A stretch of DNA of 64,000 nt from Cyanobacteria bacterium P01_F01_bin.150 (GCA_039189765.1 JBCCYL010000018.1:1-64000); one strand, 5' to 3'; numbered from the stretch's first letter, positions 28,865 through 39,880 are shown. Program-made: numbers and translations. The notes: a model not told the origin generated them from the letters alone.

Positions 28865-31783
28865 ATGGCCACATCATCCAATCCAACCTACTCCTATCAA
28901 CCAGGGGGAAGTCTACCGCCAGACTCGCCTACCTACGTTAAACGGCAGGCTGATGCTGATCTTTATCAATCGTTACTAGCGGGTATCTATTGCTATATCC
29001 TCAATGCCCGTCAAATGGGGAAATCTAGCCTTCGTATCCGCACAATGAAGCTGCTGGAGCAACAGGGCATCGCCTGCACTGATATTGAATTGAGTGGTAT
29101 CGGTAGCCAACAAATTACCAGTGCCCAATGGTACGGGGGCATGATTCAGGAGCTGGTAAGCGGATTTGGGCTTTCTTTTAAGCGGCGAGCATGGATGCAG
29201 GAGCGAGAAGACTTATCTCCAGTTCAGCGCTTGTCCCAGTTTATTGAAACTGTCTTGCTGACTCAAATTACCACGCCCATGGTGGTATTTATTGATGAAA
29301 TTGATAGTGTTTTGAGTCTGGGATTTCCCACCGACGAATTTTTTGCATTGATTCGCCACTGCTATGAAAAGCGGGCCACCAATGAAAACTACCAACGTCT
29401 GACCTTTGTATTGCTGGGGGTCGCTACACCCTCTGACTTGATGCGTAGCAAACAGTATTCTCCTCCATTTAATATTGGCCGAGCCATCCCCCTCCAGGGA
29501 TTTCACATCGATAACTGTGGCCCCCTCATCCAAGGCTTGGGGCAACATGTGCAAAAGCCGAGAGCCGTTTTAGAGGAAATTCTATATTGGAGTGGGGGAC
29601 AGCCATTTCTCACCCAAAAGCTTTGTTGGCTCCTTGCTCACCATGGTAGTGAACAACTGTTTAATAAAAATAGTATTGACAGTAATGTTCAAAATGATGT
29701 TGCCACCCTAGTGAATAACTATGTTGTTCAAAACTGGGAGGCGGAGGATGAACCTGAACATTTGAGGACGATTCGCGATCGCCTCCTGCGGGAAGGACAG
29801 GCTAATCAAGCTGTTTTCCAGGCGTATCAACAAATTCTCAAAACGGGCAGTATTCCCTTACGGGACAGTCCTGAACATGTAAAGCTGCGTTTAACCGGAA
29901 TTGTAGAGGTTGACCGGGGCTATCTCCGTATCAAAAACCCAATCTATGCCACCATTTTTAGCCATCAGTGGATAGAGCAAGAGATTAAAGCCCTTCCCAG
30001 CCTCACTAAAATTCTCCCTGTCACAACCACTTTAGTCTTTTCTGGGGTGGATGGGTTTATGGAAATAATGGCTGAGAATGAATACCATGCCCTTAGCCTT
30101 ATCCAGCGGGATTTTATCCTGATGAAACAGTACGCTCAGCGATTTGACGGCTCGGTGCTCAAAACATTGGGTGATCAGTTAATGGTGTCGTTTGAAACCG
30201 CTGAGCAAGGGATGCAATATGCCATTGAAGTGCAAAAAGCCCTTGCGACTGCCGGTCTTGATCGTCCCCCTCAGGAAAATCTCTGCCATCGTATTGGGAT
30301 TCATATGGGGGAGATTGTGGTGACGGACGACGACTTGATGGGAACCGATGTTACTATCACTACCTTAATCCAAGCGAATGCCATACCTGGAGGTATTTGC
30401 CTATCTGAACCCGTATTTACTACTGTCAGCAGACACCTTGTTACCGACGTAATTGACATAGGAGAGCATGGAATTCTGAGGTTTGCCAATCCGATTCAGC
30501 TCTATCAGATTCCTCCCAACTATCTCCCTAATGCGGTTGATCGGTCCCTCAAACGCTGGTGGATGCCGGACCCCGTGGCGATCGCCCTTGGCCTGGGTGT
30601 AACGGCTATGGTAACAGCGGCAAGCTTCTTAGGATGGCTGGAAGCCTGGGAATTAAATGCCTTTGACCATTGGATGCGATCGCGCCCCGATGAAGGAGCG
30701 GATCATCGTCTGATGCTGGTCACCATTACAGAGGCAGATGTCCAGTCCCAACCCATTGAAGACAGGGGCGCTGCTTCCCTCTCCGATGAAACCCTGGCTC
30801 GACTGCTGACGATTCTGAACCAGGGCCACCCCCGAGTTATTGGCCTTGATGTTTATCGACAGCGACAGGTAGACCGTCGGTATCCGGAGCTAACCAGGAT
30901 GCTATCCAGTAACGATCGCCTCTTTTCTATCTGCTATTACGGCGATCCGGGGCTACCCCCACCGCCGGAAGTCCCCCCCCATCAGCACGGATTTAATAGC
31001 GTGGTTCAAGACGCCGATGGCGTCCTCCGTCGCCAAATTTTAGCGGTTACGGCTCCTGTCCCCTGCCAAAATCCCTATTCCTTTAATTGGTGGTTAGCCC
31101 AAACGTATTTGCAGGATGAGGGCATTCAGCAAGTTAATCAAGCCGATTATTTACAGCTAGGTCCTGTTCCCTTCAGGCGAGTCCAATCAAATACGGGCGG
31201 CTATCGTCGCATCAACCCGGATGGCCATCAGATTTTGCTTAACTATCGAGCCACAGCGCATATTGCCGAGACGATAACGCTCCAAGAAATCCTTAGCGAA
31301 CAGTTTGATCCCAATCGGGTCAAAGACCGAATCGTGCTAATTGGAGTGGTGGCTCCCACCTTTAATGATCATGACTGGTTTACGCCTTATAGCAGCGGTA
31401 GCCAAAATCCAAGGCGCATGTCTGGAGTGGAAATTCAAGCTCATATGACCAGCCAAATTATCAGTGCGGTATTAGATGGTCGACCATTGATTTGGAGTTG
31501 GTCTGAACCCATTGAAATGTTGTGGATAGGTGTATGGACAATAGGCGCAAGCGTGGTGTCGGTGAAGATGCGATCGCGTCGCTATCTGACCCTAATGGTG
31601 GGCACAATGGTGCTCGGTCTTAGTGGAATATGCTGGATTTTGATGATCTATGGTGGCTGGATTCCGTTTATTGCCCCTGTGGTGGGTATGGTGGGAACAG
31701 GAGCCGCAGTCAGTCTTTATCGAGCGGCGCTCGTCCACTCTTCGTCTAAAGCTGGTACCCAATACCTCGGTGTTTGTCTATAA
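28865..31783 (+). CDS. AAA_35 ATPase - class III cyclase-like - TM - CHASE2 - TM membrane protein
   Basis: YQPGGSL, RQMGKSSL, FIDEID, GGQPFLTQKLC (AAA_35); KTLGD, RIGIHMG (cyclase fold); IGLDVYR, DADGVLRR, RIVLIG, SGVEIQA (CHASE2); C-terminal TMs. Confidence 0.85.
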   Translation: MATSSNPTYSYQPGGSLPPDSPTYVKRQADADLYQSLLAGIYCYILNARQMGKSSLRIRTMKLLEQQGIACTDIELSGIGSQQITSAQWYGGMIQELVSGFGLSFKRRAWMQEREDLSPVQRLSQFIETVLLTQITTPMVVFIDEIDSVLSLGFPTDEFFALIRHCYEKRATNENYQRLTFVLLGVATPSDLMRSKQYSPPFNIGRAIPLQGFHIDNCGPLIQGLGQHVQKPRAVLEEILYWSGGQPFLTQKLCWLLAHHGSEQLFNKNSIDSNVQNDVATLVNNYVVQNWEAEDEPEHLRTIRDRLLREGQANQAVFQAYQQILKTGSIPLRDSPEHVKLRLTGIVEVDRGYLRIKNPIYATIFSHQWIEQEIKALPSLTKILPVTTTLVFSGVDGFMEIMAENEYHALSLIQRDFILMKQYAQRFDGSVLKTLGDQLMVSFETAEQGMQYAIEVQKALATAGLDRPPQENLCHRIGIHMGEIVVTDDDLMGTDVTITTLIQANAIPGGICLSEPVFTTVSRHLVTDVIDIGEHGILRFANPIQLYQIPPNYLPNAVDRSLKRWWMPDPVAIALGLGVTAMVTAASFLGWLEAWELNAFDHWMRSRPDEGADHRLMLVTITEADVQSQPIEDRGAASLSDETLARLLTILNQGHPRVIGLDVYRQRQVDRRYPELTRMLSSNDRLFSICYYGDPGLPPPPEVPPHQHGFNSVVQDADGVLRRQILAVTAPVPCQNPYSFNWWLAQTYLQDEGIQQVNQADYLQLGPVPFRRVQSNTGGYRRINPDGHQILLNYRATAHIAETITLQEILSEQFDPNRVKDRIVLIGVVAPTFNDHDWFTPYSSGSQNPRRMSGVEIQAHMTSQIISAVLDGRPLIWSWSEPIEMLWIGVWTIGASVVSVKMRSRRYLTLMVGTMVLGLSGICWILMIYGGWIPFIAPVVGMVGTGAAVSLYRAALVHSSSKAGTQYLGVCL

Positions 31784-31814
31784 TTTCACCAATAGATTAA
31801 ACGGAGTTGTCTTA

Positions 31815-32483
31815 ATGTCTGAACAGAAACCTGGGTTTCTTGCACCTGACCAACTGCTGGCCCATCTTAAATGGCGCTATGCAGTCAAAAAGTTTGATCC
31901 AAATCGTAAGGTTTCACCAGAGGATTGGGCGGTTCTTGAAGAAAGCTTAATCCTGTCGCCGTCGTCTTTTGGGCTTCAACCATGGAAGTTTTTTGTGGTC
32001 AAAACCCCAGAACTACGTGAGAAGCTGCTGGGGTTCTCATGGGGGCAAACGCAAGTGGTAGATGCATCTCACTTGGTTGTTTTGGGCCTAAACCCCAACG
32101 TGGATGAAGCCTATATCGATAAGTTCATAGACCTCACTGCCACTTCGCGTCAAATGGATGTGGAAAAGCTGGCCTCCTCCTATGGCAAAGTGATTAAAGG
32201 CTTCCTCGGACGCATGACCACCAAAGAGGAGATTAAAGCCTGGGCTAAGCTCCAGGTGTATATTGCCTTGGGTCAATTGATGACCAGTGCGGCCCATTTG
32301 GGTATTGATGCCTGCCCAATGGAGGGATTTATGCCAGAGAAGTATGACGAGGTTCTAGGGCTTACTGAAAAGGGATTCTCAGCAGCAGTGGTCTGCCCTG
32401 TGGGCTATCGGGATGAGTCCGATCCCTATGCCTCTTATCCTAAGGTTCGCTTTAGCCGAGAGGAGATGCTAGAGACGCTTTAG
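31815..32483 (+). CDS. Oxygen-insensitive NAD(P)H nitroreductase (NfsB-like)
   Basis: WRYAVKKFD, LSPSSFGLQPWKF, GIDACPMEGF, VGYR, PKVR. Confidence 0.92.
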   Translation: MSEQKPGFLAPDQLLAHLKWRYAVKKFDPNRKVSPEDWAVLEESLILSPSSFGLQPWKFFVVKTPELREKLLGFSWGQTQVVDASHLVVLGLNPNVDEAYIDKFIDLTATSRQMDVEKLASSYGKVIKGFLGRMTTKEEIKAWAKLQVYIALGQLMTSAAHLGIDACPMEGFMPEKYDEVLGLTEKGFSAAVVCPVGYRDESDPYASYPKVRFSREEMLETL

Positions 32484-32766
32484 GCGTCACTTCCGGGTGA
32501 GCATCTCAGTTTTGTAATTTGATAATCTTCACCCTAAATCCTTCTCCCAATGGGAGAGGGACTTTAATGCCTCGTCTCGACCACCAGTAACTTACTCTGG
32601 GCCTCTCTAAGCGATTGAAGATACAGCCTCCTCTCGTATGAGCGTCGGTCCCAGGTCCCCATTTCCCTAAAGATTAAAAGACAACCTAATCTACAGATTT
32701 GGTTTATCTCCATGTAGGGCCAAACTACTTGGTCGGAGCGGCGGTTCCCCCTGTAGCAAAAGCTCT

Positions 32767-33519
32767 ACATTTGAAGATAATCGATACTTTTTTAAACGTA
32801 GGAATATAGAGATACTAACTCAAGAATATATTGCAAATCTTCCTGATGCAAGTCATAGTCTTGAAATTTTGGATGCACACAGTAAGGTAATCCTAAAGGC
32901 AATTAAAACTCAGCATGGTCTATTAGTGGAGAGAGCAAAAGGAATATATTCTTTTTCTCACTTAACCTTTCACGAATATTTTGCCGCTCGAGAAATAATT
33001 GGTCATTCTGACCCAGCATCTAATGAGAAGAGGATGGTAGACTTGTTTTTACACGTTGCTGACCCCCGTTGGCGGGAGGTAATACTTTTGACTGTGGGTA
33101 TGTCCATGAATGCTGACTATCTTCTCTCAAAGATGAAATTGCATGTTGATAAAATATTGGCAGATAAGCAATTTAACTCTTTTATTGAATGGCTTTTATC
33201 CTTTTTTAAAGACTTTAAGCTGACTACAAAAGAATCAATAGAATTTAGGGAATTTTATTTTTGTTTATCCTGTATCGAATTAGATTTGCAGGTTATGAGT
33301 CCGGGAGAAAATAATATCCTTAGGACTGATATGAATTTAGTCCTCTCACTTGAACTGGCCAAAGCGATTTACTCAATTTTAGGGCCAGCTAATTCTCTGA
33401 GTAATTTTGATTTAGTACAGAAATTCAACTCTAACTTTAACGAATCCTGTCACCTTTTAAGAGAAAAGCTTGAAATATCTCTTAAAGATATTTCAGATTC
33501 AAAGTGGGTTGCGGTTTAA
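32767..33519 (+). pseudogene. Remnant of a cyanobacterial NACHT NTPase gene (post-NTPase helical/WH part only)
   Basis: In-frame TFEDNRYFFK..YIANLPDA, HGLLVERAKGIYSFSHLTFHEYFAA, RWREVILL; no P-loop, no proper start; AT-rich. Confidence 0.72.
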
Positions 33520-33536
33520 GGCGAAACAAAAGTAAT

Positions 33537-33567
33537 GATAGTGTGGGCGCTTCGCGCCCACACTATC
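33537..33567. repeat. GCGC-TTC-GCGC hairpin repeat
   Basis: GATAGTGTGGGCGC-TTC-GCGCCCACACTATC; related stem ATAGTGTGG../..CCACACTAT at about 25498-25530. Confidence 0.7.
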
Positions 33568-34037
33568 CGCCTAAAGTTGATACCCAAAGTTTAGGGTAGC
33601 TATAGAAGAAATGATCCGGCGTCTTCCTCCACTCGGCAAAAATGGAAGGAATTGTTGGGAAAAATTAGGTAGAAAATAGATTGTTGAGTTTAAGAGCTTG
33701 TTAATACAATATAGAAATATTGGCCATTCTTGGGATTTTACACTGGAGCAGTCTATTCGGATTAAACAATTTTACGAGGCCAACGTACTTCTGTGTGACT
33801 GTTTAAAGACTGATTGCTATGTCAGTCGCGAAGTACGTCAGTCCCTTTTAGAAAACTGGTTGATTCCCTCGTAAGGCTATGTCTCTGGTTTAAATAGCTT
33901 CACACCATCCCCTAATGACATGAAATGAGAATTTCTATCGTGATAGAGGTTCGTGTTCTTTTTTAACAGGTCAGCCACAGGTCAGATTTTGCCTTCTAGA
34001 ATAAATTTGGCAAATATTTAGATCTCCTGATTTCAGA

Positions 34038-34487
34038 ATGGAACCACCTGCTCAATATCGGATTCTTGCTATCGACCGCCATCCAGAACACGTTGAAGTT
34101 ATCCGTAGGACTTTAGAAAAAGGGGATATTGTCAGCGAAGTGGTGGCGATCGCCGACCCAGATGATGCTCTAGCCTACTTGAATCGCCAGGGTTCGTATG
34201 ATCAATCGCCTCGGCCTGATCTTATTCTTCTTGACCTTAACTCATCCCATGCTGGCAATACCCAAACAGGGTTGAGCATTTTAGAGGCTCTCAAAACCAG
34301 TCCGGAATTGAAGCACATTCCTATTATCATTTTGACCCTGGCGGACGACACAGACCTGATTTATGACAGCTACACCTTACAGGGAAATTGTTATGTATTA
34401 AAGTCTTCTAATCTTGATCAGCTAACCCATATCGTCCAACGGATTGAGGAGTTTTGGTTGGGAATTGTAACGTTACCCATACAGTAG
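34038..34487 (+). CDS. Rcp1-like single-domain response regulator
   Basis: RPDLILLDLN, LKHIPIIILT, SY.L..NCY..K, IEEFWL; atypical first acidic pair (IDRH). Confidence 0.85.
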   Translation: MEPPAQYRILAIDRHPEHVEVIRRTLEKGDIVSEVVAIADPDDALAYLNRQGSYDQSPRPDLILLDLNSSHAGNTQTGLSILEALKTSPELKHIPIIILTLADDTDLIYDSYTLQGNCYVLKSSNLDQLTHIVQRIEEFWLGIVTLPIQ

Positions 34488-34853
34488 CAGCTCATGGTCA
34501 GAATAACTTTTATAAAATCAAGATAAATTTTCTATTGTTCATCAAAGTCAATTATAGATTTGAATCAAGAAATATCTCATTATTAGTCATTTCTCAAGGC
34601 TTTATTCTTTTTTAACTATTGATTTTGTCGCAGCCTAAATTACTGGGTTAGGCTTTCTATAAAATGATGCCTAGGAAATGTTCACCTTAGTTATTAAAGG
34701 CGAAGGCTTTTTGTTTACGCTTTGCTGCTTTGCGACTTTAAGGAGTTGGAGCAAGTAATGGCAATGGGCTGGACGAGGTCATTCTCTTCGTTAATGTGAC
34801 TCAAGCACTTTGGGCTGGAGTTTATTTTTTGCACCACTTGAGTGAGGCTTATT

Positions 34854-37175
34854 ATGACTATTTTTGATACATCGCATTTAGAGGCTAGTAATGGTATTGA
34901 TTTAATGCCGCTTAAGCAACCGCCAATTCACTCAATTAATAAGATTCAGCCTCATGGAGTGGTGCTTGTTTTAGACCCTAAAAGCTTAGCGGTTTTACAA
35001 GTCAGTGATAATACTCGTCGAGCCTTTGAGCTATCGCCCCAAGAGGTCTTAGGCAAAAGTCTAGAAGAGATTCTTGATCCCTATCAAGTGCAGCAGTTTC
35101 AGGAAGGGCTATCCCGTGGTGACTTAGATTTAATTAATCCAACAAAAGTGTGGGTTCGACGAAATGGGGACGACTATCAAGTTTATGATGCAGTTTTTCA
35201 TCACAGCGCTGATGGCTTTTTAATTTTGGAATTAGAGCCTACATTTACGAATGAAAGTATCCCATTTCTAGGCTTTTATCATTTAGCTAAGGCTTCAATT
35301 CGGCAATTAGAATCAACTTCAATTCTTAGCGATTTCTTTCAAATTATCGTGAAAGAAATTCGGAGTGTGACGGGATTTGACCGAGTCATGCTTTATCGCT
35401 TTGATGAGGATGGTCATGGCGATGTGGTAGCGGAAGATAAAATTGACGAACTAGAATCCTATTTGGGACTCCACTTTCCAGAGTCGGATATCCCTAAGCC
35501 TGCCCGAAAGATGTTTTTGTCGAACTGGATTCGAGTCATTCCTGATGCTAAGTCTGGTTCGGTGTCACTGTATCCGCCGATCAATCCCGTTACCCAGCAG
35601 CCCGTTGACTTAACGTTATCGATTTTAAGGAGTCCCTATTCCTGCCATACGGAATATCTAGAAAATATGGGGGTGGCGGCATCCCTAACGATTTCTTTGA
35701 TGAAAGATGAAAAGCTATGGGGATTAATTGCCTGTCACCATCGCACCCCTAAACCTGTGCCCTATGAGTTAAGAAAAGCTTGTGAATTTTTGGGTCGGGT
35801 GATTTTTTCAGAAATTTCTAATCGTCAAGAAGAGGCTGATTACGCCTATCGGATGAAGTTGGCGTCGGTACAGTCCAGCCTGCTTGAATTTATCGCTCAA
35901 GACGATAATTTTGTGGCGGGATTAACCCAGCATGAACCGAATCTTTTGGATCTGGTCAATGCCCAAGGTGCGGCAATTTGTGTCGGTGGACAGTGGACAA
36001 GCGTGGGCAAAACTCCTGTGGAAGAGGAGCTGAATTATTTAGTCCAGTGGTTGGCAAAATCGGTTGATGATGAGGTATTTTACACCGATTCTTTGCCTCT
36101 AATTTATGCCGATGCCGAGCGCTTTAAGCAGGTGGCAAGTGGCCTACTGGCTATTCCCATTTCCAAGCGGAGTTATGTGCTGTGGTTTAGGCCAGAGGTG
36201 ATTCAGGCTGTTAATTGGGGTGGTGATCCCAATAATGCCTATGAGCTGAAAGACATTGAGGGGAAAGCCAGACTGTGTCCTCGCAAGTCCTTTAGCCTGT
36301 GGAAGGAAACGGTCAAGCTGCGATCGCTGCCATGGAAGTCGGTGGAGATTCGGGCGTCCTTGGAATTACGAAAAGCGATTGTCAATTTAGTGCTACGGCA
36401 GGCGGAAGAGCTGGCTCTTTTAGCCCAGGATCTGGAGCGGTCTAATGCGGAACTCAAAAAGTTTGCCTACGTGGCGTCCCACGATTTACAAGAACCGCTT
36501 AACCAAGTTGCTAATTTTGTTCAGCTTCTGGAAATGCGCTACGACCAGGAATTGGGGACCGATGGCAAAGAATTTATTGGCTTTGCGGTGGAAGGGGTGA
36601 GCTTGATGCAAACCCTGATTGACGATGTCTTGGCCTACTCCAAAGTAGACTTGCAGGGATTGGAATGGGAACTGACTGGAGTAAGCCAGGCATTGGACCA
36701 ATCGCTGGCAAATTTACGAGGGCGGATTACCGAGGCGAATGCGACCATTAGCCATGATGCAATGCCAACGATTGTGGCGGATGGGACCCAGCTTATGCAG
36801 CTTTTCCAAAATTTAGTGGGCAATGCCATTAAGTTTAGGAAGCCAGATGAGCAGCCCCAAATTCATATCAGTGTGACCCACCAAGAAGACGAATGGCTGT
36901 TTTCGGTTCGAGACAATGGCATTGGCATCGATCCTCAGTTTGCCGATCGCATTTTTGTTATTTTCCAGCGCTTGCATACGCGAGATGAGTATCCCGGTTC
37001 AGGCATGGGACTGGCAATTTGTAAAAAAATTGTAGAGTGTCATCGAGGAAAGATCTGGGTTGAGTCAGCGTTGGGGGAAGGAGCTACGTTCTATTTCACT
37101 ATTCCCGTAGGAGGACGCGATCGCCATCATGCCAGCGAACGAAAGCGACAGAGTTATCTTGCTGATCGAAGATAA
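34854..37175 (+). CDS. cph1: Cyanobacterial phytochrome (PAS-GAF-PHY-histidine kinase), Cph1/AphA type
   Basis: IQPHG, FDRVMLYRF, FPESDIP, SCHTEYL (bilin Cys in GAF), WGG.P, PRKSF, ASHDLQEPL, GMGL. Confidence 0.93.
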   Translation: MTIFDTSHLEASNGIDLMPLKQPPIHSINKIQPHGVVLVLDPKSLAVLQVSDNTRRAFELSPQEVLGKSLEEILDPYQVQQFQEGLSRGDLDLINPTKVWVRRNGDDYQVYDAVFHHSADGFLILELEPTFTNESIPFLGFYHLAKASIRQLESTSILSDFFQIIVKEIRSVTGFDRVMLYRFDEDGHGDVVAEDKIDELESYLGLHFPESDIPKPARKMFLSNWIRVIPDAKSGSVSLYPPINPVTQQPVDLTLSILRSPYSCHTEYLENMGVAASLTISLMKDEKLWGLIACHHRTPKPVPYELRKACEFLGRVIFSEISNRQEEADYAYRMKLASVQSSLLEFIAQDDNFVAGLTQHEPNLLDLVNAQGAAICVGGQWTSVGKTPVEEELNYLVQWLAKSVDDEVFYTDSLPLIYADAERFKQVASGLLAIPISKRSYVLWFRPEVIQAVNWGGDPNNAYELKDIEGKARLCPRKSFSLWKETVKLRSLPWKSVEIRASLELRKAIVNLVLRQAEELALLAQDLERSNAELKKFAYVASHDLQEPLNQVANFVQLLEMRYDQELGTDGKEFIGFAVEGVSLMQTLIDDVLAYSKVDLQGLEWELTGVSQALDQSLANLRGRITEANATISHDAMPTIVADGTQLMQLFQNLVGNAIKFRKPDEQPQIHISVTHQEDEWLFSVRDNGIGIDPQFADRIFVIFQRLHTRDEYPGSGMGLAICKKIVECHRGKIWVESALGEGATFYFTIPVGGRDRHHASERKRQSYLADRR

Positions 37176-37578
37176 CCGGGGAGATATCCGCCTCATCCAG
37201 GAAGCCCTTAAAAGTTCTACTCTCCGATGTGAGGTAGAAATAGCGAGAGATGGGGTGGAAGCAATGGATTACTTACGGCAACGCGGTGAGTTTGGCGAAG
37301 CAAAACGGCCAGATTTGATTTTGCTGGATTTAAACTTACCGCGCAAAGATGGCCGAGAGGTCTTAGCTGACATTAAATCGGATCCTGACCTGAAATATAT
37401 CCCGATCATTGTGCTGACGACGTCTCGTAATGAGCAGGATATTTCCCAGAGCTATGATCTTCACGTCAACTGCTATATCTCTAAGTCTCGCAATTTAGCT
37501 GAGCTGTTTAAAATCGTTCGAGGAATTGAAGAATTTTGGTTACAGACCGTCACGTTGCCACCCCTACCCTCCTCATAA
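37129..37578 (+). CDS. rcp1: Phytochrome response regulator Rcp1/RcpA
   Basis: IEDN.GD, PDLILLDLNLPRKDGREVL, LTTS, NCYISK, IEEFWL; overlaps the cph1 3' end. Confidence 0.9.
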   Translation: MPANESDRVILLIEDNRGDIRLIQEALKSSTLRCEVEIARDGVEAMDYLRQRGEFGEAKRPDLILLDLNLPRKDGREVLADIKSDPDLKYIPIIVLTTSRNEQDISQSYDLHVNCYISKSRNLAELFKIVRGIEEFWLQTVTLPPLPSS

Positions 37579-37583
37579 AACCC

Positions 37584-39587
37584 ATGATTGAGGTCTTACT
37601 CGTGGAGGACAACAGGGCGGAAGCTCGGTTGTTGCAAGAACTCCTAAAAGGATCGCCTCGTAATCGGTTTCACCTCGTACATGTACTCCGATTAGGAGAT
37701 GCGATCGCCCGTCTAAGTGAGCATTCATTTGACGTTATTCTACTGGACTTAACTCTCCCCGATAGTGTGGGCCTTCAGTCTTTGCAAACGCTGCTTGACC
37801 ATGTGCAGAGCTTGCCAATTGTGGTGTTAACCAATACGAATGACGATGAGCTGGCGATTGATGCAGTTCGTCAAGGTGCCCAAGATTATCTGATCAAACG
37901 GCAGGTCAATCAGGATATGTTGGTGCGATCGCTACGATACGCTATTGAACGCAAGCAAGCAGCAGAAGCCTTGCGGGAAGCAAATGAAATTTTGGAGCAG
38001 CGAGTAGCAGAACGCACGACTGAATTGGCTACGGCCAATGCTTTATTGCGCAGTGAGATTCAAGAACGGCAGCGTACTCAAGAACGATTAACGCTAGCTC
38101 AAACGGTTAGCAAAATTGGCACGTTTGAATGGCATATTCCGGCCCACGTAATAACCTGGAGTCCAGAATTAGAAAGTCTTTATGGTCGCTTGCCAGGCGA
38201 GCTACGGGGGCAATTCGATCTCTGGCTTCGGACTCTGCATGAAGACGATCGTGATCGAGTGGAACAGGAATTTACCCAAGCGGTTAATGGGGGGGAAGAA
38301 TTTTCCACAGAGTTCCGGATTGTTACCCCGTTACACAGCATTCGTTGGATTTCAGTTAAAAGCCACATCTTTGTAGACAAAAATGGGGCCCCCCTGAGGA
38401 TGATTGGTATTCATATGGATATTACTGATAAAAAGGACCTAGAGGCTCAGTTTTTACGAGCCCAGCGCTTAGAAAGTCTAGGAACATTGGCCAGCGGTAT
38501 TGCCCATGATTTGAATAATATTTTGACCCCGATTTTAGGCGTTGTCCAGCTTTTACCGCTTCAGTTATCGAATTTGAGCGATCGCAACCAACTCCTACTC
38601 GATACCCTAAATCGTAGTGCTCGACGGGGTGCAGCATTAGTGAAACAAATTCTCTCGTTTACCCGTGGCGTGGAAGGGAAACGAACGACGTTACAGGTCA
38701 ACTATATTTTGAGAGAGGTCGAAACGTTAATCCAGCAAACCATACCTAAATCGATTCAAATTCACACCCATATTTCGACTAAGGTATGGCCCGTTTTGGG
38801 AGATGCAACCCAGCTCCATCAAGTATTTATGAATCTCTGTGTCAACGCACGGGACGCGATGGCAGATGGAGGCACATTAACGATTTCTGTCGAGAACTGC
38901 ACTTTGGACTCAAGCAAAGCTAAGCAATATCTAGATGCGATTGCTGAAGCCTCATACGTTATGGTGACTGTGCAAGATACGGGCAGCGGCATGCCCCCAG
39001 ATATCGTCGATCGTATTTTTGATCCTTTTTTCACCACTAAACCCATTGGCAAAGGCACTGGACTAGGGCTATCGGCGGTATTGGGTATTATTAAAAGCCA
39101 TGGGGGGTTTGTTGATGTTCAAAGCGAAGTGGGCGAAGGAAGCTGCTTTACGATATTTCTGCCAGCTCAGCATACACAAGTAGCCAAGGACAACTCTCCT
39201 CAACCCCTGTCTTCTGGTCATCAAGAGCTTATTTTAGTGGTGGATGATGAGGCTGCAATTTTGGATATCGCTAAAATGATGCTCGAAACCTATAACTATC
39301 GGGTGATAACTGCCCAATGTGGCACCGAGGCGATCGCCCTATTTCACCAGCATAGAGATGAGCTTGACTATGTGTTGATAGATATGATGATGCCGGAACC
39401 AAGTGGGGTCTCCTTAATGCCATTGATAGGGCAATTGCGCCCTGACCTATTGTGTATTGCTATGAGCGGTTTAGAGTCGAAGAATACCATAGAAACAACT
39501 AAGCAATTAGGGTTTCAAGGTTTTTTGGCTAAGCCTTTTACAACCCAAGACTTATTATTAATGATGCAATGTCCTCGCCAGGTTTAG
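37584..39587 (+). CDS. Hybrid histidine kinase (REC-PAS-HisKA-HATPase-REC)
   Basis: LLVEDN, LLDL.LPD, AHDLNN, FDPFFTTK..GKGTGLGL, C-terminal VVDDE/DMMMP. Confidence 0.93.
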   Translation: MIEVLLVEDNRAEARLLQELLKGSPRNRFHLVHVLRLGDAIARLSEHSFDVILLDLTLPDSVGLQSLQTLLDHVQSLPIVVLTNTNDDELAIDAVRQGAQDYLIKRQVNQDMLVRSLRYAIERKQAAEALREANEILEQRVAERTTELATANALLRSEIQERQRTQERLTLAQTVSKIGTFEWHIPAHVITWSPELESLYGRLPGELRGQFDLWLRTLHEDDRDRVEQEFTQAVNGGEEFSTEFRIVTPLHSIRWISVKSHIFVDKNGAPLRMIGIHMDITDKKDLEAQFLRAQRLESLGTLASGIAHDLNNILTPILGVVQLLPLQLSNLSDRNQLLLDTLNRSARRGAALVKQILSFTRGVEGKRTTLQVNYILREVETLIQQTIPKSIQIHTHISTKVWPVLGDATQLHQVFMNLCVNARDAMADGGTLTISVENCTLDSSKAKQYLDAIAEASYVMVTVQDTGSGMPPDIVDRIFDPFFTTKPIGKGTGLGLSAVLGIIKSHGGFVDVQSEVGEGSCFTIFLPAQHTQVAKDNSPQPLSSGHQELILVVDDEAAILDIAKMMLETYNYRVITAQCGTEAIALFHQHRDELDYVLIDMMMPEPSGVSLMPLIGQLRPDLLCIAMSGLESKNTIETTKQLGFQGFLAKPFTTQDLLLMMQCPRQV

Positions 39588-39880
39588 ATAGGACAACGGT
39601 GTGCAAACGTGTTAAGTCCACCTGGATTTCTTGTTTTGTTGGAGAGTGCTTCACCCCCCAACAAAACTGTCCTTAACGCGGTTGAATATCGCTATAGACG
39701 AGTAAATAAGCCTATTAAGAGAGTAATGCCCTACAGCCATTTAGCCATAGGACATTACGTTTATAAGCCAGTCATTTATATTGAGTGACCAGCAGCTTTT
39801 ATAGCCTAAAATTAGTAGCCGGATATTGTGACTAATGAGTGACAGCAATATTGGAATATTTGATTATTAACAAAAGAGTG

